64,000 bases of DNA from Nannocystis sp. SCPEA4 (GCF_026626685.1 NZ_JAPNJX010000021.1:105329-169328), one strand, 5' to 3'. Counted from the first letter of the stretch, positions 8,314-18,070 are shown. Notes: generated from the letters alone by a model not told the origin. Numbers and translations are program-made.

Positions 8314-11300
8314 TTAGTAATTCGCATTACCAAACGATCGTTCGCACGCGGCGGCCCGCGCGTCGGCGGTCTCCTGCGATTCGCCCAGGTGGCGCCGGCG
8401 CTCGGCGGGCTGCAGGCAGGCCTGCGTGGCCGCGACGAGGCGCGCGTGCAGATCGGCGTTCAGGCGCGGCCAGACGACGACGCGGCCGTCGGCGCCGGCC
8501 GATGCCAGGCGGTCGCCGCGCGCGTCGAAGGCGAGCGCGTGCACGCCGGCGCCGTGACCCGTGAGCACCTCGGGGCCGTCGTCGCCCTGCAGCGACCAGA
8601 AGTGGAGCTCGCCGTCGGCCGCACCGGCGGCGATCCACGCGCCCTGCGGATCCCAGGCGACGCTGTCGAGCGGCGCGCCGGCGCGACCGACCTCGCTGCG
8701 CACCCCGGTGGCCGCGGCGATCCGCACCAGCGCCCTGCCCTCGCCCGCGACCGCGAGCGCGTCGCCGGCGGGGCTCCAGGCCAGCGCGCGCAGCGGCTGG
8801 CCCAGCTCGATGAACACGGTCTGCTCCACGCGCACCAGCACGAAGCCGGTCGCGGTCACGGCCGCCAGGCGCTCGTCGACCGGCGACCACGCCAGCGCGG
8901 TGATCGGCCCGCGACCCTGGGCGGCGCGTGTCGGATCGGGCATGTTCTCCGAGACATGTCCTGGAGGCCAGATAAAAAAGCTGCCGTCGCTGCCGCCGGC
9001 GGCCAGGCGGCCCGTGCGAGGGTCCCACGCGAGCGCGGGCACGGACCGGCGATCGACCGTGGCGCGCCGGGTCGCGCCCTCGCCGACGGGCAGCCAGGTG
9101 ATCGCGCCGGAATCGTCGGTGATCGCCAGCTCCTGGCCGTCGGGGCGCCAGGCCAGCGCGAGCGCGGTGCCGGCGTGGTCGCGGCGGCGCACCGGCCCGC
9201 CGTCGACCGGCAGCAGCCACACGCTGCGGGCCCCGGCCGCCGCCAGCCTGGTGCCGTCGGGGCTCCACGCGACCGCGTGCACGGCCGCGCCGACGTCGTG
9301 CTCGCGCAGGGCCGCCGGCGTGAGCCGCCAGACCCGCGCGCTGCCGTCGTCGCTGCCGCTGACCAGGCGGACGCCGGTCGGCGCGAACGCCAGCGCCCGC
9401 ACCGGGCCGGTGTGGCCGCGCAGCACGTACGGCCGCGCCGCGCCGCCGAGCCGCCACACCCGCGCGCTGCCGTCGTCGCTGCCGCTGGCCAGCCAACCTG
9501 TCCCGAAGGCCAGGCTCGTGACGCCGCCGTCGCCGACCACCGCGAACACCCGGCGCGCGCGGCCGTCGACGCGCCAGACGTCGACGCCGCCGTCGTCGCG
9601 GCCGATCGCCAGTTGGCGGCCGGAGCGGTCCCACGCGAGCGCGCTGACGGCCGCGCCGCGGTTGCCGATCGCCAGCGCGCGGCCGTCGGCCACCAGCCAC
9701 ACCTCGCCGCGCGGCCCGGCTGCCGCGACCTGGGCCCCGTCCGGGCTCCAGGCGACGGCGGCGAGCGGGCCGCTGACGCCGCGCAGGGCGACGACCCGCC
9801 CGCCCGCCTCGAGCGAGACCTGCCCGCGCGCGTCGGTCCGCAGCTGCTCGCCGGCGGGACCGCGCCGCGGGTCGAATGCGGGCGCGCGGGCGGACGTGCT
9901 CGCCGGGCCGCCGGTGGTGGCGAACCGGCGCAGCCCGCCGGCGGCGTCGATCGTCTCGATCGCGTGGCTGTCCCAAGGGACAGGCGTGGCGCCGCCCGGG
10001 CCCGGGCTGTCCGAAGGGACAGGTGCACCTTGGCCCTGCGCTGACTTGTCCGAAGGGACAGCCTTGTCAGCGTCGGCGGTCGCGCCGCCGTCCGGACCCT
10101 GCCTGTCCCCGGGGACAGCTCCGCCCGCTGCCTCGACCCAGCGCACCGTCAGCACCGGCCCCTCGTGGCCGCGCAGGATCGCCGCGCTGATCGGCTCGGC
10201 CAGCACCCGCTGCGCCAGCGCCCCGGGGTCGTCGAGCTCGCGCAGCAGCAGCGCCGCGGTCGTCGGGTCGCGCGGCAGCAGCGAGAACGCGGCGTCGCGG
10301 ACTCGCAGCGCCTGCGCGTGGCGTTCGGCGGCGGCGCGCTCGGCCGCGAGCTCGTCGGCGGCGAACGGGACGACCTCGCCCACGCTCGTCGGCGGCGCCT
10401 CGCCCGAAGTGACCGGGCCTGCCTCGGGCTGGGCCAGGCTCACCCCGAGCGCGACCAGCCCGGCCGCGGCCGCGGCCGCTCCGCCGGCGATCAGGACCGT
10501 CCGCGCGCGTCCCGCTCCGGGCTCGCGGGCGAACCGCCGCGGCGGCTGGAGAGCAGCCAGCAGGTCGTCCATCGTCGGCCAGCGGGCGTCGGGCTTTTCG
10601 GACAGGCCGCGGGCGATCGCGCGGCGGATGCGCGGAGGCACGCGACTTTCGCGCGGAATGGGTGCGATCTCGACCTGCCCGAAGCGCGGAACCGAGCCGA
10701 ACGGGCGCAGTCCGAACAGCCCCTCGAACAGCGCCACGCAAAAGCTGAACTGATCGGAGCGCGGCTCGGCGGCGCCGTAACGCTGCTGCTCGGGCGCCAT
10801 GTAGGCGGGCGTGCCGAGGATGCTGCCGGTGCGCGTGAGCGGCTCGAGCTCGTCGTCGAGGCTCTCGCCGGCATCGAGGGCGCACGTGAGGCCGAAGTCG
10901 AGGACGCGGGCGCGGCCGCGGTTGTCGACGAGCACGTTCTCGGGCTTGAAGTCGCGGTGGAGCAGGCCCGCGTGGTGAGCCGCAGCCAGCGCCCGCCCGG
11001 CCTGCAGGTACACCATGAGCACCGCGTGCCACGGCCGCGGGCGCTCGCGCAGCCAGGCCTCGAGGGTCACGCCCTCGATCAATTCCATGGCGATGTAGAC
11101 CTGGTCGCCCCACGCGCCGACCTCGTAGATCCGCGCCACGTGCTCGTGCTCGAGGCGGGCCATCGCTCGGGCCTCGCGCAGCAGACGGGCGCGACCCTGC
11201 TCGTCGCCCTGGAGGTGCGGGTGCACCAACTTGATCGCCACGCGGCGGCCGAGTTGGGCGTCGACGGCCGCATACACGACGCCCATGGCCCCCGCCCCGA

Positions 11301-11469
11301 GCCGCCGCTCGACGCGAAAACGACCGATGGTGGTCGGCGCCGCGGGCTCGCCGAACAGTCGGCCCATGACGCGTGCGTGGAGACGATGGACGTCGACGTC
11401 GGCCCACGTGCCCGCACCTGCGCCACGGGCGGACGGTGTGTCGGGCGGCGTGTGGGGCGGCGTCGACAT
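8314..11469 (-). CDS. Ser/Thr protein kinase fused to a WD40 beta-propeller domain
   Basis: Kinase motifs: GAGAMGVVY, AIK, HRDFKPENVL, DFGL, APE. Many WD40-like units (GHTGPVRALAFAPTG, GSDDGSARVWRL). Start chosen at Met MSTPPHTPP (11469) to avoid overlapping the divergent sigma gene. Confidence 0.85.
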   Translation of the reverse strand: MSTPPHTPPDTPSARGAGAGTWADVDVHRLHARVMGRLFGEPAAPTTIGRFRVERRLGAGAMGVVYAAVDAQLGRRVAIKLVHPHLQGDEQGRARLLREARAMARLEHEHVARIYEVGAWGDQVYIAMELIEGVTLEAWLRERPRPWHAVLMVYLQAGRALAAAHHAGLLHRDFKPENVLVDNRGRARVLDFGLTCALDAGESLDDELEPLTRTGSILGTPAYMAPEQQRYGAAEPRSDQFSFCVALFEGLFGLRPFGSVPRFGQVEIAPIPRESRVPPRIRRAIARGLSEKPDARWPTMDDLLAALQPPRRFAREPGAGRARTVLIAGGAAAAAAGLVALGVSLAQPEAGPVTSGEAPPTSVGEVVPFAADELAAERAAAERHAQALRVRDAAFSLLPRDPTTAALLLRELDDPGALAQRVLAEPISAAILRGHEGPVLTVRWVEAAGGAVPGDRQGPDGGATADADKAVPSDKSAQGQGAPVPSDSPGPGGATPVPWDSHAIETIDAAGGLRRFATTGGPASTSARAPAFDPRRGPAGEQLRTDARGQVSLEAGGRVVALRGVSGPLAAVAWSPDGAQVAAAGPRGEVWLVADGRALAIGNRGAAVSALAWDRSGRQLAIGRDDGGVDVWRVDGRARRVFAVVGDGGVTSLAFGTGWLASGSDDGSARVWRLGGAARPYVLRGHTGPVRALAFAPTGVRLVSGSDDGSARVWRLTPAALREHDVGAAVHAVAWSPDGTRLAAAGARSVWLLPVDGGPVRRRDHAGTALALAWRPDGQELAITDDSGAITWLPVGEGATRRATVDRRSVPALAWDPRTGRLAAGGSDGSFFIWPPGHVSENMPDPTRAAQGRGPITALAWSPVDERLAAVTATGFVLVRVEQTVFIELGQPLRALAWSPAGDALAVAGEGRALVRIAAATGVRSEVGRAGAPLDSVAWDPQGAWIAAGAADGELHFWSLQGDDGPEVLTGHGAGVHALAFDARGDRLASAGADGRVVVWPRLNADLHARLVAATQACLQPAERRRHLGESQETADARAAACERSFGNANY
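9961..10120. repeat. Intragenic hairpin-type repeats (CTGTCC-N4-GGACAG) inside the WD40 kinase linker
   Basis: GTCCCAAGGGACAGG, GCTGTCCGAAGGGACAGG, TTGTCCGAAGGGACAGC and CTGTCCCCGGGGACAGC encode the repeated linker peptide ...VPSDKSAQGQGAPVPSDSPGPGGATPVPWDS... Confidence 0.65.
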
Positions 11470-11542
11470 CGTCGGATCGCGCTGAAGATAACAGGCGACG
11501 CGGCCCCGCGGGCGCCGCGATCGATGTAAGATCGAGGACGCC
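11470..11542. promoter_or_regulatory. Divergent intergenic region between the WD40 kinase and the ECF sigma factor (putative bidirectional promoter)
   Basis: 73-bp spacer between divergently oriented start codons. No motif confidently assigned. Confidence 0.3.
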
Positions 11543-12202
11543 ATGGACCCCGATTGGGAACTGCTCTCGGCCTGGCGTCGCGGCGATCGCGGCGCAGGAG
11601 AGCGGCTGGTGAAGCGACACTTCGGCGCCATCGCCCGCTTCTTCCGCAACAAGGTCTCGAGCGAGCACGACGCGGCCGACCTCGTCAGTCAGACCTTCCT
11701 CGAGTGCACCAAGGCGAAGGACGGCTTCCGCGGCGAGACCAGCTTCAAGCGGTTCGTCTTCGCCATCGCGCTCAACGTGCTGCGGCTCTACATCCGCACC
11801 AAGCACAAGCGCCAGGGCGAGGCGCTCGACTTCGGGGCGCTGTGCGCCAAGGACCTGTCGCCGTCGTCGATGAGCTCGATCGTGATGCGCCGGCGCGAGG
11901 CCCAATTGCTGGTGCTGGCGCTGCGAGAGATCCCGCTCGACCAGCAAATCGTGCTCGAGCTCAACATCTTCGAGGGCCTGTCGGGGCGCGAGATCAGCGA
12001 GCTGCTGAGCGTCCCCGAGGGCACCGTGCGCGGCCGGCTGCGCCTCGGCAAAGAGCAGCTGCGGGCCCGCCTCGCCGAGTTGGCCCGTTCGCCGGCCGAG
12101 CTTCAGGCCACGCTCACCGACCTCGAAGGCTGGGCCGCCAGCATCCGCCGCGCCCTCGACCGCGACGACGGCGACGCCGGCCCGGCCGCGACCGGTTCGT
12201 GA
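11543..12202 (+). CDS. RNA polymerase sigma-70 factor, ECF subfamily
   Basis: 219 aa. Region-2-like DLVSQTFLEC...FKRFVFAIALN and region-4 HTH LSGREISELLSVPEGTVRGRL. Confidence 0.85.
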   Translation: MDPDWELLSAWRRGDRGAGERLVKRHFGAIARFFRNKVSSEHDAADLVSQTFLECTKAKDGFRGETSFKRFVFAIALNVLRLYIRTKHKRQGEALDFGALCAKDLSPSSMSSIVMRRREAQLLVLALREIPLDQQIVLELNIFEGLSGREISELLSVPEGTVRGRLRLGKEQLRARLAELARSPAELQATLTDLEGWAASIRRALDRDDGDAGPAATGS

Positions 12203-12250
12203 GCGCGCGCGGCGGCGGCGGGTCGCGGCGGGCGTCGCCCCGCCTCCCGC

Positions 12251-12274
12251 GACAATAGCGGCGCGCTATAGTCG
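12251..12274. promoter_or_regulatory. Near-perfect 23-bp palindrome (perfect 15-bp core ATAGCGGCGCGCTAT), candidate operator
   Basis: GACAATAGCGGCGCGCTATAGTC lies about 25 bp upstream of the WG-repeat gene ATG. Confidence 0.35.
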
Positions 12275-12295
12275 GGCCCCCCGAGGTCCCCCCGA

Positions 12296-13783
12296 ATGAA
12301 CGCCACCGGCACCCTCAGCCGTGCGACCCAGATCGTCTATCGCGTCGGCTCCCGCCACTCGAGCGAGGTCGACACGCTGACGCTCGACCCCGACGGGCGC
12401 GCGACGTGGAGCTCGCAAGGTCGGCAGTGCGAGGTGCAGCTGCCGCCCGAGGTCTACGGCGACATCCTCGGCCGCCTGGCGCAGTACGGCTTCAAGGCGG
12501 CGACCGGCCTGCACGGCGACGCGATGGCCGACTACCAGCACGAGATCGAGGTGCTCGAGGGCCCGAAGAAGAAGTCTCGCTGCACCCTGCGCCTCGGCCA
12601 CGAGTTCGGCACCTACCTTGGCGACGCGCCGACCGGCATGAAGGAGGTCGTGGCCCTGCTCGACCGCGTCGCCAGCCGCGTCGAGTCGGGCGCCGACCTG
12701 TCCGAATCGCCAGACGCGCTGATGGGCGCGCTGCTGCGCAACATCGACTTCCCCTACGTCAACCCGCACGGCGAGCCCGGCACTTTCCAACTGATCGACC
12801 CGCGCGGCGCCGTGCTCGCGGCCTCGGCCCTGCGGTTCGCCCTGCCGCACGCGAGCGGCCTGCTGCCGTTCCGCGACGGCGACCGCTTCGGCTTCGTCCG
12901 CGCCACCGGCGAGGTCGTCATCGCCCCGGCCTACGCGCTCACGCTCGGCTTCAGCGAGGGCCTCGCGGCGGTGCGGCTCGAGGGCGGCTGGGGCTTCATC
13001 GACGTCCACGGCACGCTCGTCATCCCCGCCGTCTACGCCGCCGCCGCCAGCTTCTCCGACGGCCTCGCGTGCGTGCAGCTCGGCGACCAGACCGGCTACT
13101 GCGATCGCAACGGTACGTTCGTGCCGGCCCCGCCGCAGGCCTCGCAGCTCGGCCGCTTCACCGCCGGCCGGGCCCCGTTCCGCGCGCTGTCGCGGATCGG
13201 CGTGCCCGCGTGGGGCTACATCGACCGCACCGGCCAGGTCGTCGTCCCCGCCGGCTTCGACTACGCCGGCGAGTTCTGCGAGGGCCTCGCCTGCGTCCAG
13301 CAGGACGACCTGTTCGGCTTCATCGACGTCACCGGCGCGTGGGCCATCGAGCCGCGCTTCACCGACGCCGGCGACTTCCACGACGGCCTCGCCGCCGTCG
13401 GCGACAGCGGCCAGTACGGCTACTGCGACACCAGCGGCACCGCCGCGGTCGACTTCCGCTTCCTCCGCGCCGGCAACTTCGCCGAGGGCCTGGCCCCGGT
13501 CGGCGTCGGCGCCAAGACCGGCTTCATCGACCGCGAGGGCCGCATCGTCATCGAGCCGCGCTTCGACCTGGCCCAGAGCTTCAGCGAGGGCCTCGCCGCC
13601 GTCCGCATCGACCACAAGTGGGGCTACATCGACCGCGCCGGCCGCGTCGTCATCGAGCCGATCTACGAGGGCGCCGGCCCGTTCGGCGACGGCGTCGCCT
13701 GCGTGCGCAAGTTCGCCGACCCGCGCCCGGTGATCCATACCGGGTCGAAGAAGGTCATCATCAACATGGGCAAAAAGACATGA
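12296..13783 (+). CDS. WG-repeat-containing protein
   Basis: 495 aa with at least 9 tandem units of the WG/KWG-type repeat (WGFID..G..VI.P.Y..A..FSEGLA.V). Confidence 0.75.
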   Translation: MNATGTLSRATQIVYRVGSRHSSEVDTLTLDPDGRATWSSQGRQCEVQLPPEVYGDILGRLAQYGFKAATGLHGDAMADYQHEIEVLEGPKKKSRCTLRLGHEFGTYLGDAPTGMKEVVALLDRVASRVESGADLSESPDALMGALLRNIDFPYVNPHGEPGTFQLIDPRGAVLAASALRFALPHASGLLPFRDGDRFGFVRATGEVVIAPAYALTLGFSEGLAAVRLEGGWGFIDVHGTLVIPAVYAAAASFSDGLACVQLGDQTGYCDRNGTFVPAPPQASQLGRFTAGRAPFRALSRIGVPAWGYIDRTGQVVVPAGFDYAGEFCEGLACVQQDDLFGFIDVTGAWAIEPRFTDAGDFHDGLAAVGDSGQYGYCDTSGTAAVDFRFLRAGNFAEGLAPVGVGAKTGFIDREGRIVIEPRFDLAQSFSEGLAAVRIDHKWGYIDRAGRVVIEPIYEGAGPFGDGVACVRKFADPRPVIHTGSKKVIINMGKKT

Positions 13784-14889
13784 CCGAAGCGCCAGATCCG
13801 CTGGCGCGCCTCGGCTGGGACGAACACGCGGCGAGCGCCTGGGCGGCCCACCGCGGCGACGGCAACCTGCCCGGCCGCGTCGCCGCCGAGCACCGCGGCG
13901 GCTACATCGTCCTCGCCGCCGCCGGCGAGCTGCGCGGCGAGCTGGCCGGCAAGCTGCGCAAGGCCGCCGCGAAGGACGCGATGCTCAAGCCCGCCGTCGG
14001 CGACTGGGTCGCGCTCGACGTCCACGCCGCCGCCGGCACCGCGACGATCCACGCCGTGCTGCCGCGCAAGACGGTCCTGACCCGCCGCGCCGCCGGCCGC
14101 GCCGCCGCCCCGCAGATCGTCGCCGCCGACGTCGACGCCGTCTTCATCGTCCACCCGCTCGACCAGCCGCCCAACCTGCGCCGGCTCGAGCGCTACCTGG
14201 CCATCACCCTGGCCAGCGGCGCCGCCCCGGTGCTGGCGCTGACCAAGGCCGACCTGGTCGAAAGCGCAGAACCTGTCCTTTCGGCCATCCGCCCGCTGCT
14301 CGACAAGGTCGCCGGCGGCCGCCCCGTCCCGGTGCACGTGCTGTCGAGCGTCAGCGGCCAGGGCCTCGACGAGCTCGACGCCTACGTCGCCCGCCCGCAG
14401 ACCACCGCGCTGATCGGCGCGTCGGGCGTCGGCAAGAGCACGCTCATCAACCGCTGGCTCGGCGAGGAGCGGCTCAGCACCGGCGGCCTGCGCGACGACG
14501 GCAAGGGCCGCCACACGACGACCCACCGCGAGCTGCTGGTGCTGCCGCGCGGCGGCCTCGTCATCGATACACCCGGCATGCGCGAGCTCGGGCTGTGGAA
14601 CGCCGACGAGAGCGTGCCCGAGGCGTTCGCCGACATCGCCGCGGTCGCCGAGGGCTGCCGCTTCCGCGACTGCACCCACGCGCACGAGCCGGGCTGCGCG
14701 GTCCAGGCGGCCGCGGCGTCCGGGGTGATCGAGCCGGAGCGCCTCGACAGCTACCGCAAGCTGGTCGCCGAGCTCGCGTCGCTGACCCGCGACCGCGAGA
14801 CCGCGGCCCGCAACCGCGCGCGCCGTGCCGACCACCGGTCGCTGCGAGCCTATTACAAAGATCCGCGCACCCGCGGGCAGCGCGACTGA
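13780..14889 (+). CDS. rsgA: Ribosome small-subunit-dependent GTPase A
   Basis: 369 aa. OB-fold N-terminus, circularly permuted GTPase motifs (LTKADL, ALIGASGVGKSTL, DTPG) and the C-terminal zinc motif CRFRDCTHAHEPGCAV. ATG overlaps the upstream stop (ATGA). Confidence 0.85.
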   Translation: MTEAPDPLARLGWDEHAASAWAAHRGDGNLPGRVAAEHRGGYIVLAAAGELRGELAGKLRKAAAKDAMLKPAVGDWVALDVHAAAGTATIHAVLPRKTVLTRRAAGRAAAPQIVAADVDAVFIVHPLDQPPNLRRLERYLAITLASGAAPVLALTKADLVESAEPVLSAIRPLLDKVAGGRPVPVHVLSSVSGQGLDELDAYVARPQTTALIGASGVGKSTLINRWLGEERLSTGGLRDDGKGRHTTTHRELLVLPRGGLVIDTPGMRELGLWNADESVPEAFADIAAVAEGCRFRDCTHAHEPGCAVQAAAASGVIEPERLDSYRKLVAELASLTRDRETAARNRARRADHRSLRAYYKDPRTRGQRD

Positions 14890-14895
14890 CATCGT

Positions 14896-14967
14896 GCAAG
14901 CGCGGAGCCTCGTGTGCTCGCAGGCGCGGAGCCTCGTGCACTCGCAGACGCGGGGCCTGTGGCGATT
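14896..14967. repeat. Tandem 24-nt direct repeat x3 immediately downstream of rsgA
   Basis: GCGCGGAGCCTCGTGTGCTCGCAG / GCGCGGAGCCTCGTGCACTCGCAG / ACGCGGGGCCTGTGGCGATTG. Confidence 0.6.
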
Positions 14968-15260
14968 GTCGAGCGGGCGGCCGAGGGGCGGCGCGGCAGG
15001 TCCCTCGCGACGCGGGTCCTCCCGGACCAGGTGCTCGTCGGCGATGACAGGTGGCGCGCGTCCGCCGATCGGCCCGCCGCCTGCGCGCCAGGTCCAGGTC
15101 CTCCCGCTGCGTCCCACCACGCCGCCCCTCGTCCGCCCTGAGGAGATCGTCGCGGGCCCCGCTCGTCGCCGACGAGTCGTACCGCCGGCCCAGGGCCAGC
15201 TGCATGGATAGACATGTCGTAGAGGACATGATCTCTGGACTATGTTTCAAAGAACATGTC

Positions 15261-15680
15261 TCAAAATTGGATCTGCAACCCTCCGGGTGCCAGCCGGATC
15301 CGTGCGCTCGGGCGCAGCCGCTCGTGACGCCGCAGCCTGGCGCCGAAGATCCCGGTCGGGATCGCCAGCAGCGCCGCGGTCGGCAGCATCACGATCGCCG
15401 TCCAGGCCTCTCCGAACCCGTCGTTGTCGCAGTCGAGGCAGCCGGTGGCTCGCGGCCAGAACAGCCAGGCGAGCATGCTCGCGCCGGTGACGAAGGTCGC
15501 CGCCATGAACCCTCCCGAGAGTCCCGTCACGATCTGCAAGCTGCGCCGCTTGGCCCGCCAGGCCTGAAGCTCTCCGGCCGGCGTGACGACCCCGGGCGCT
15601 GGCGCCTGTGCCTGCGCGAGTCTCGGTGGCGAGGCGCACGCGAGCGCGAGAGCCCAGGTCACGCTCGCGGCCTTCGGCAT
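15261..15680 (-). CDS. Small membrane/secreted hypothetical protein
   Basis: In-frame Met MPKAASVTWALALACASP gives a signal-like N-terminus and hydrophobic helices downstream. Weak call. Confidence 0.3.
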   Translation of the reverse strand: MPKAASVTWALALACASPPRLAQAQAPAPGVVTPAGELQAWRAKRRSLQIVTGLSGGFMAATFVTGASMLAWLFWPRATGCLDCDNDGFGEAWTAIVMLPTAALLAIPTGIFGARLRRHERLRPSARIRLAPGGLQIQF

Positions 15681-15934
15681 CGATCTCGGAGTCGCCGGTG
15701 CAGCCGCGAAAATTGCGGAGCGCGAAAAAACACCACGCCGGCCCCGGAAGCCGCGGCCCCATGGACTCCAGGTCGGCGGTCGGCGACCGCACCGACCCCT
15801 CGCCGCCCGCTCGGGCCGCGACACCCGCGCCGCTTTACAGCCGTCGGCATCGGCGTTGAACTGGGAGCCATCAGCCAGGCGGCGGCGACCGCGGAAATGC
15901 CGGGCCTGCCCGCCGTGTTGTCCCGAGACCGTCC

Positions 15935-16942
15935 ATGTGCCTGCGTCCCTCGCCCTTGCCTCGCCTCGCCCGCGCTCGCGTGGCCTGGGCGATCGCGCTG
16001 GGCCTCGCGGTCGCGCCCGACGCTGCAGCCGCACCGGCGCCGCGCCCCGTGCCGGCAGCGAACAAAGCCACCGCAGCCGCCGCGGCCGCGGTGCGTCCTT
16101 CGGTCGACCTCGAGCCTGACGGCGGTGGTCGGCTGAAGCACCGCGGCCACGGCTTCACCGCGATCATCTACCCCGACGGTTCGGTCGAGTTCCGCGATCA
16201 CGGCGGCACCGCGGACATCAATTTCTTCGGCCTCGATCTGTGGCGCCAGCGCTTCCGCGAGCCCGAGCCCGAGCGTCATGCGCCGATCTGGATGGGCGTC
16301 ATCCACGATCGCCTGTGGCCGGTGCGCGGCTTCGGCCCGGCGCCGGTCCTCGCCGGTATCGGCGGCCGCTTCGGCGGGCTCGCCGACGGCCGCCGCAAGG
16401 ACCGCCACAAGAGCGCCAAGCAGGCCTTCCTGCTGGCCACCGAGCAGCTGCGGTTCCGCCTCGCCAACGCCTGGTACAAGCAGCGCCTCCACAGCGAGCT
16501 CGCCGACCTCGGCGGCCAGCTGCTCGAGGTGTGGCGCGACACCAAGTTGCCGCTGGCCGAGCGCAAGCGCCGGATCTTCGAGCGCTGGGAGGAGTGCGAG
16601 GACGCCACCACCACCCGTCGCACCGAGATCGACGCCATGCGCCTCGAGGTCGCCCGCACCGCTCGCGCCAAGATCGAGGCCTTCGTCCGCCAGGTCGCCC
16701 CGTACGGCTCGCCGCAGGCCTACACCGAGGCCGAGCTCGACCGCTTCAACGCCCGCCGCGCCGGCAAGACCCGCTTCCGCCCCTACGACGCCCCCATTGC
16801 GATCGAGGACGTGACCGCCGAGTCCGAGCTCGGCACCTCCACCGAGAAGCCGCTCGAGCCGCCGCCGCAGGAGCCCGCGACGCCGTCGATGGCCACGCCG
16901 CTCGGCCCCGCTCCCGGCCCCGTCTTCTCGCCCGCACCATGA
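15935..16942 (+). CDS. Secreted hypothetical protein
   Basis: ATG start, signal peptide (WAIALGLAVAPDAAAAPA), non-repetitive coding-like composition. 335 aa. Confidence 0.5.
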   Translation: MCLRPSPLPRLARARVAWAIALGLAVAPDAAAAPAPRPVPAANKATAAAAAAVRPSVDLEPDGGGRLKHRGHGFTAIIYPDGSVEFRDHGGTADINFFGLDLWRQRFREPEPERHAPIWMGVIHDRLWPVRGFGPAPVLAGIGGRFGGLADGRRKDRHKSAKQAFLLATEQLRFRLANAWYKQRLHSELADLGGQLLEVWRDTKLPLAERKRRIFERWEECEDATTTRRTEIDAMRLEVARTARAKIEAFVRQVAPYGSPQAYTEAELDRFNARRAGKTRFRPYDAPIAIEDVTAESELGTSTEKPLEPPPQEPATPSMATPLGPAPGPVFSPAP

Positions 16943-16950
16943 CCCTTGAG

Positions 16951-17100
16951 ACATGTCTCATCGGCCATGTCACGGAGAGCATGTCGTGGCGGACATTTTC
17001 TCGGAGACATGTCCAGATGCTCATCCCGGATCGGGCATGTCTCGGAGAGCATGTCGGATCAGACATTTCCGTGACGACCTATCCGAATGCGCATTCTTCG
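16951..17100. repeat. Intergenic array of GACATGTC-family short repeats (period about 12-14 bp)
   Basis: GAGACATGTCTCATCGGC / CATGTCACGGAGAG / CATGTCGTGGCG / GACATTTTCTCGGAGACATGTCC ... GGGCATGTCTCGGAGAGCATGTCGGATCAGACATTTCC. Confidence 0.7.
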
Positions 17101-17470
17101 CGCGCACCGCCCGTCGGCCAGCCTCCGGACGCACGCGACCATCTTCTCCCCGCGCACCTACCCCCCTCCGCACATCACCTTTCGCTCGCACGCACGGATC
17201 CCCTCTGTCCTTCCGGACATCACCTCCCCTCGCTCCCGCCATGTCCCTCCAGACATGTCCTTCGCGCCACGCGCAGCGCCCGCCGCGGCCTGTTACGGCC
17301 GAGCCCGCCCGCCGCAGTCCGCGCGGTCGGCACGGACGCCGGCGCGGACTTGCGTATGCGCGCGCGACGGCCCGCGCGACCGCGCGTGAGGCAGCTGCGT
17401 GCTATCCCGAGCGCGCGAGGGAATGGGCAGCCGGCCCAAGCCGTTGTCGCGATTTCCTCGTCCCGTCGTC

Positions 17471-18070
17471 ATGAGCGCCCGCATCGACCTCCTCGTCACC
17501 CTCGGCCTCGGCCTCCTCGCCTGCACCGCGCCCGCGGCGACGCCCCCGCCCGCGCCCGCCCCGGCGAAGGCCGAGCCGGCGGCGACGCCGACGCCGCCCC
17601 CGCCGCCGCCCGCCGCCGAGGACGCCACGCTGGCCGATCGCCTGGCCGAGGCCAACACCCCGCCCGAGCTGCTCGAGCGGGGTGCCGCCGCCAAGATCTG
17701 GGGCGACCACGCCATCGATCGCGGCATCAACCCCTTCTACCTGCGCGGCGATTTCGACGGCGACGCCGCGCCCGACTACCTCGTCAGCGTCGTGCCCAAG
17801 CTCGGCGGTGGCGCGCTGCCGCGGCTCGTGGTCCTGCGGGGCGGCGGTCGCCCGGCGGTCTGGCTCGACGACGATCCCAAGGCCGGCCTCACCCTGCCCG
17901 CGCGCGACGCCTGGTACGTCCACGACCGCGGCACCTCGGTCCCCGCCGGCCCCGGCGGCAAGGCCCCGGCGCTCAAGGGCGACGGCATCGTCATGATGAA
18001 GCTCGAGTCCTCGAGCGCCCTCGTCTACTGGGACGGCTCCCGCTTCCGCAGCCACTGGCTGTCGGACTAA
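17471..18070 (+). CDS. Lipoprotein, hypothetical
   Basis: Met MSARIDLLVTLGLGLLAC (lipobox). Pro/Ala-rich linker then a globular region. 199 aa. Confidence 0.55.
   Translation: MSARIDLLVTLGLGLLACTAPAATPPPAPAPAKAEPAATPTPPPPPPAAEDATLADRLAEANTPPELLERGAAAKIWGDHAIDRGINPFYLRGDFDGDAAPDYLVSVVPKLGGGALPRLVVLRGGGRPAVWLDDDPKAGLTLPARDAWYVHDRGTSVPAGPGGKAPALKGDGIVMMKLESSSALVYWDGSRFRSHWLSD

Noticed and set aside
8101-10753. Plus-strand ORFs 8101..10044 (647 aa) and 8561..10753 (730 aa), and minus-strand alt frames 8327..9976 and 8856..10028
   Set aside because: All overlap the WD40 kinase CDS in other frames. Arg/Pro/Ala-rich low-complexity translations. The kinase frame carries the recognisable motifs.
11544-11652. 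Longer N-terminal extension of the WD40 kinase (starts at 11652 or 11544)
   Set aside because: Would overlap the divergent ECF sigma gene start. The Met at 11469 leaves a plausible 73-bp divergent promoter region. Still uncertain.
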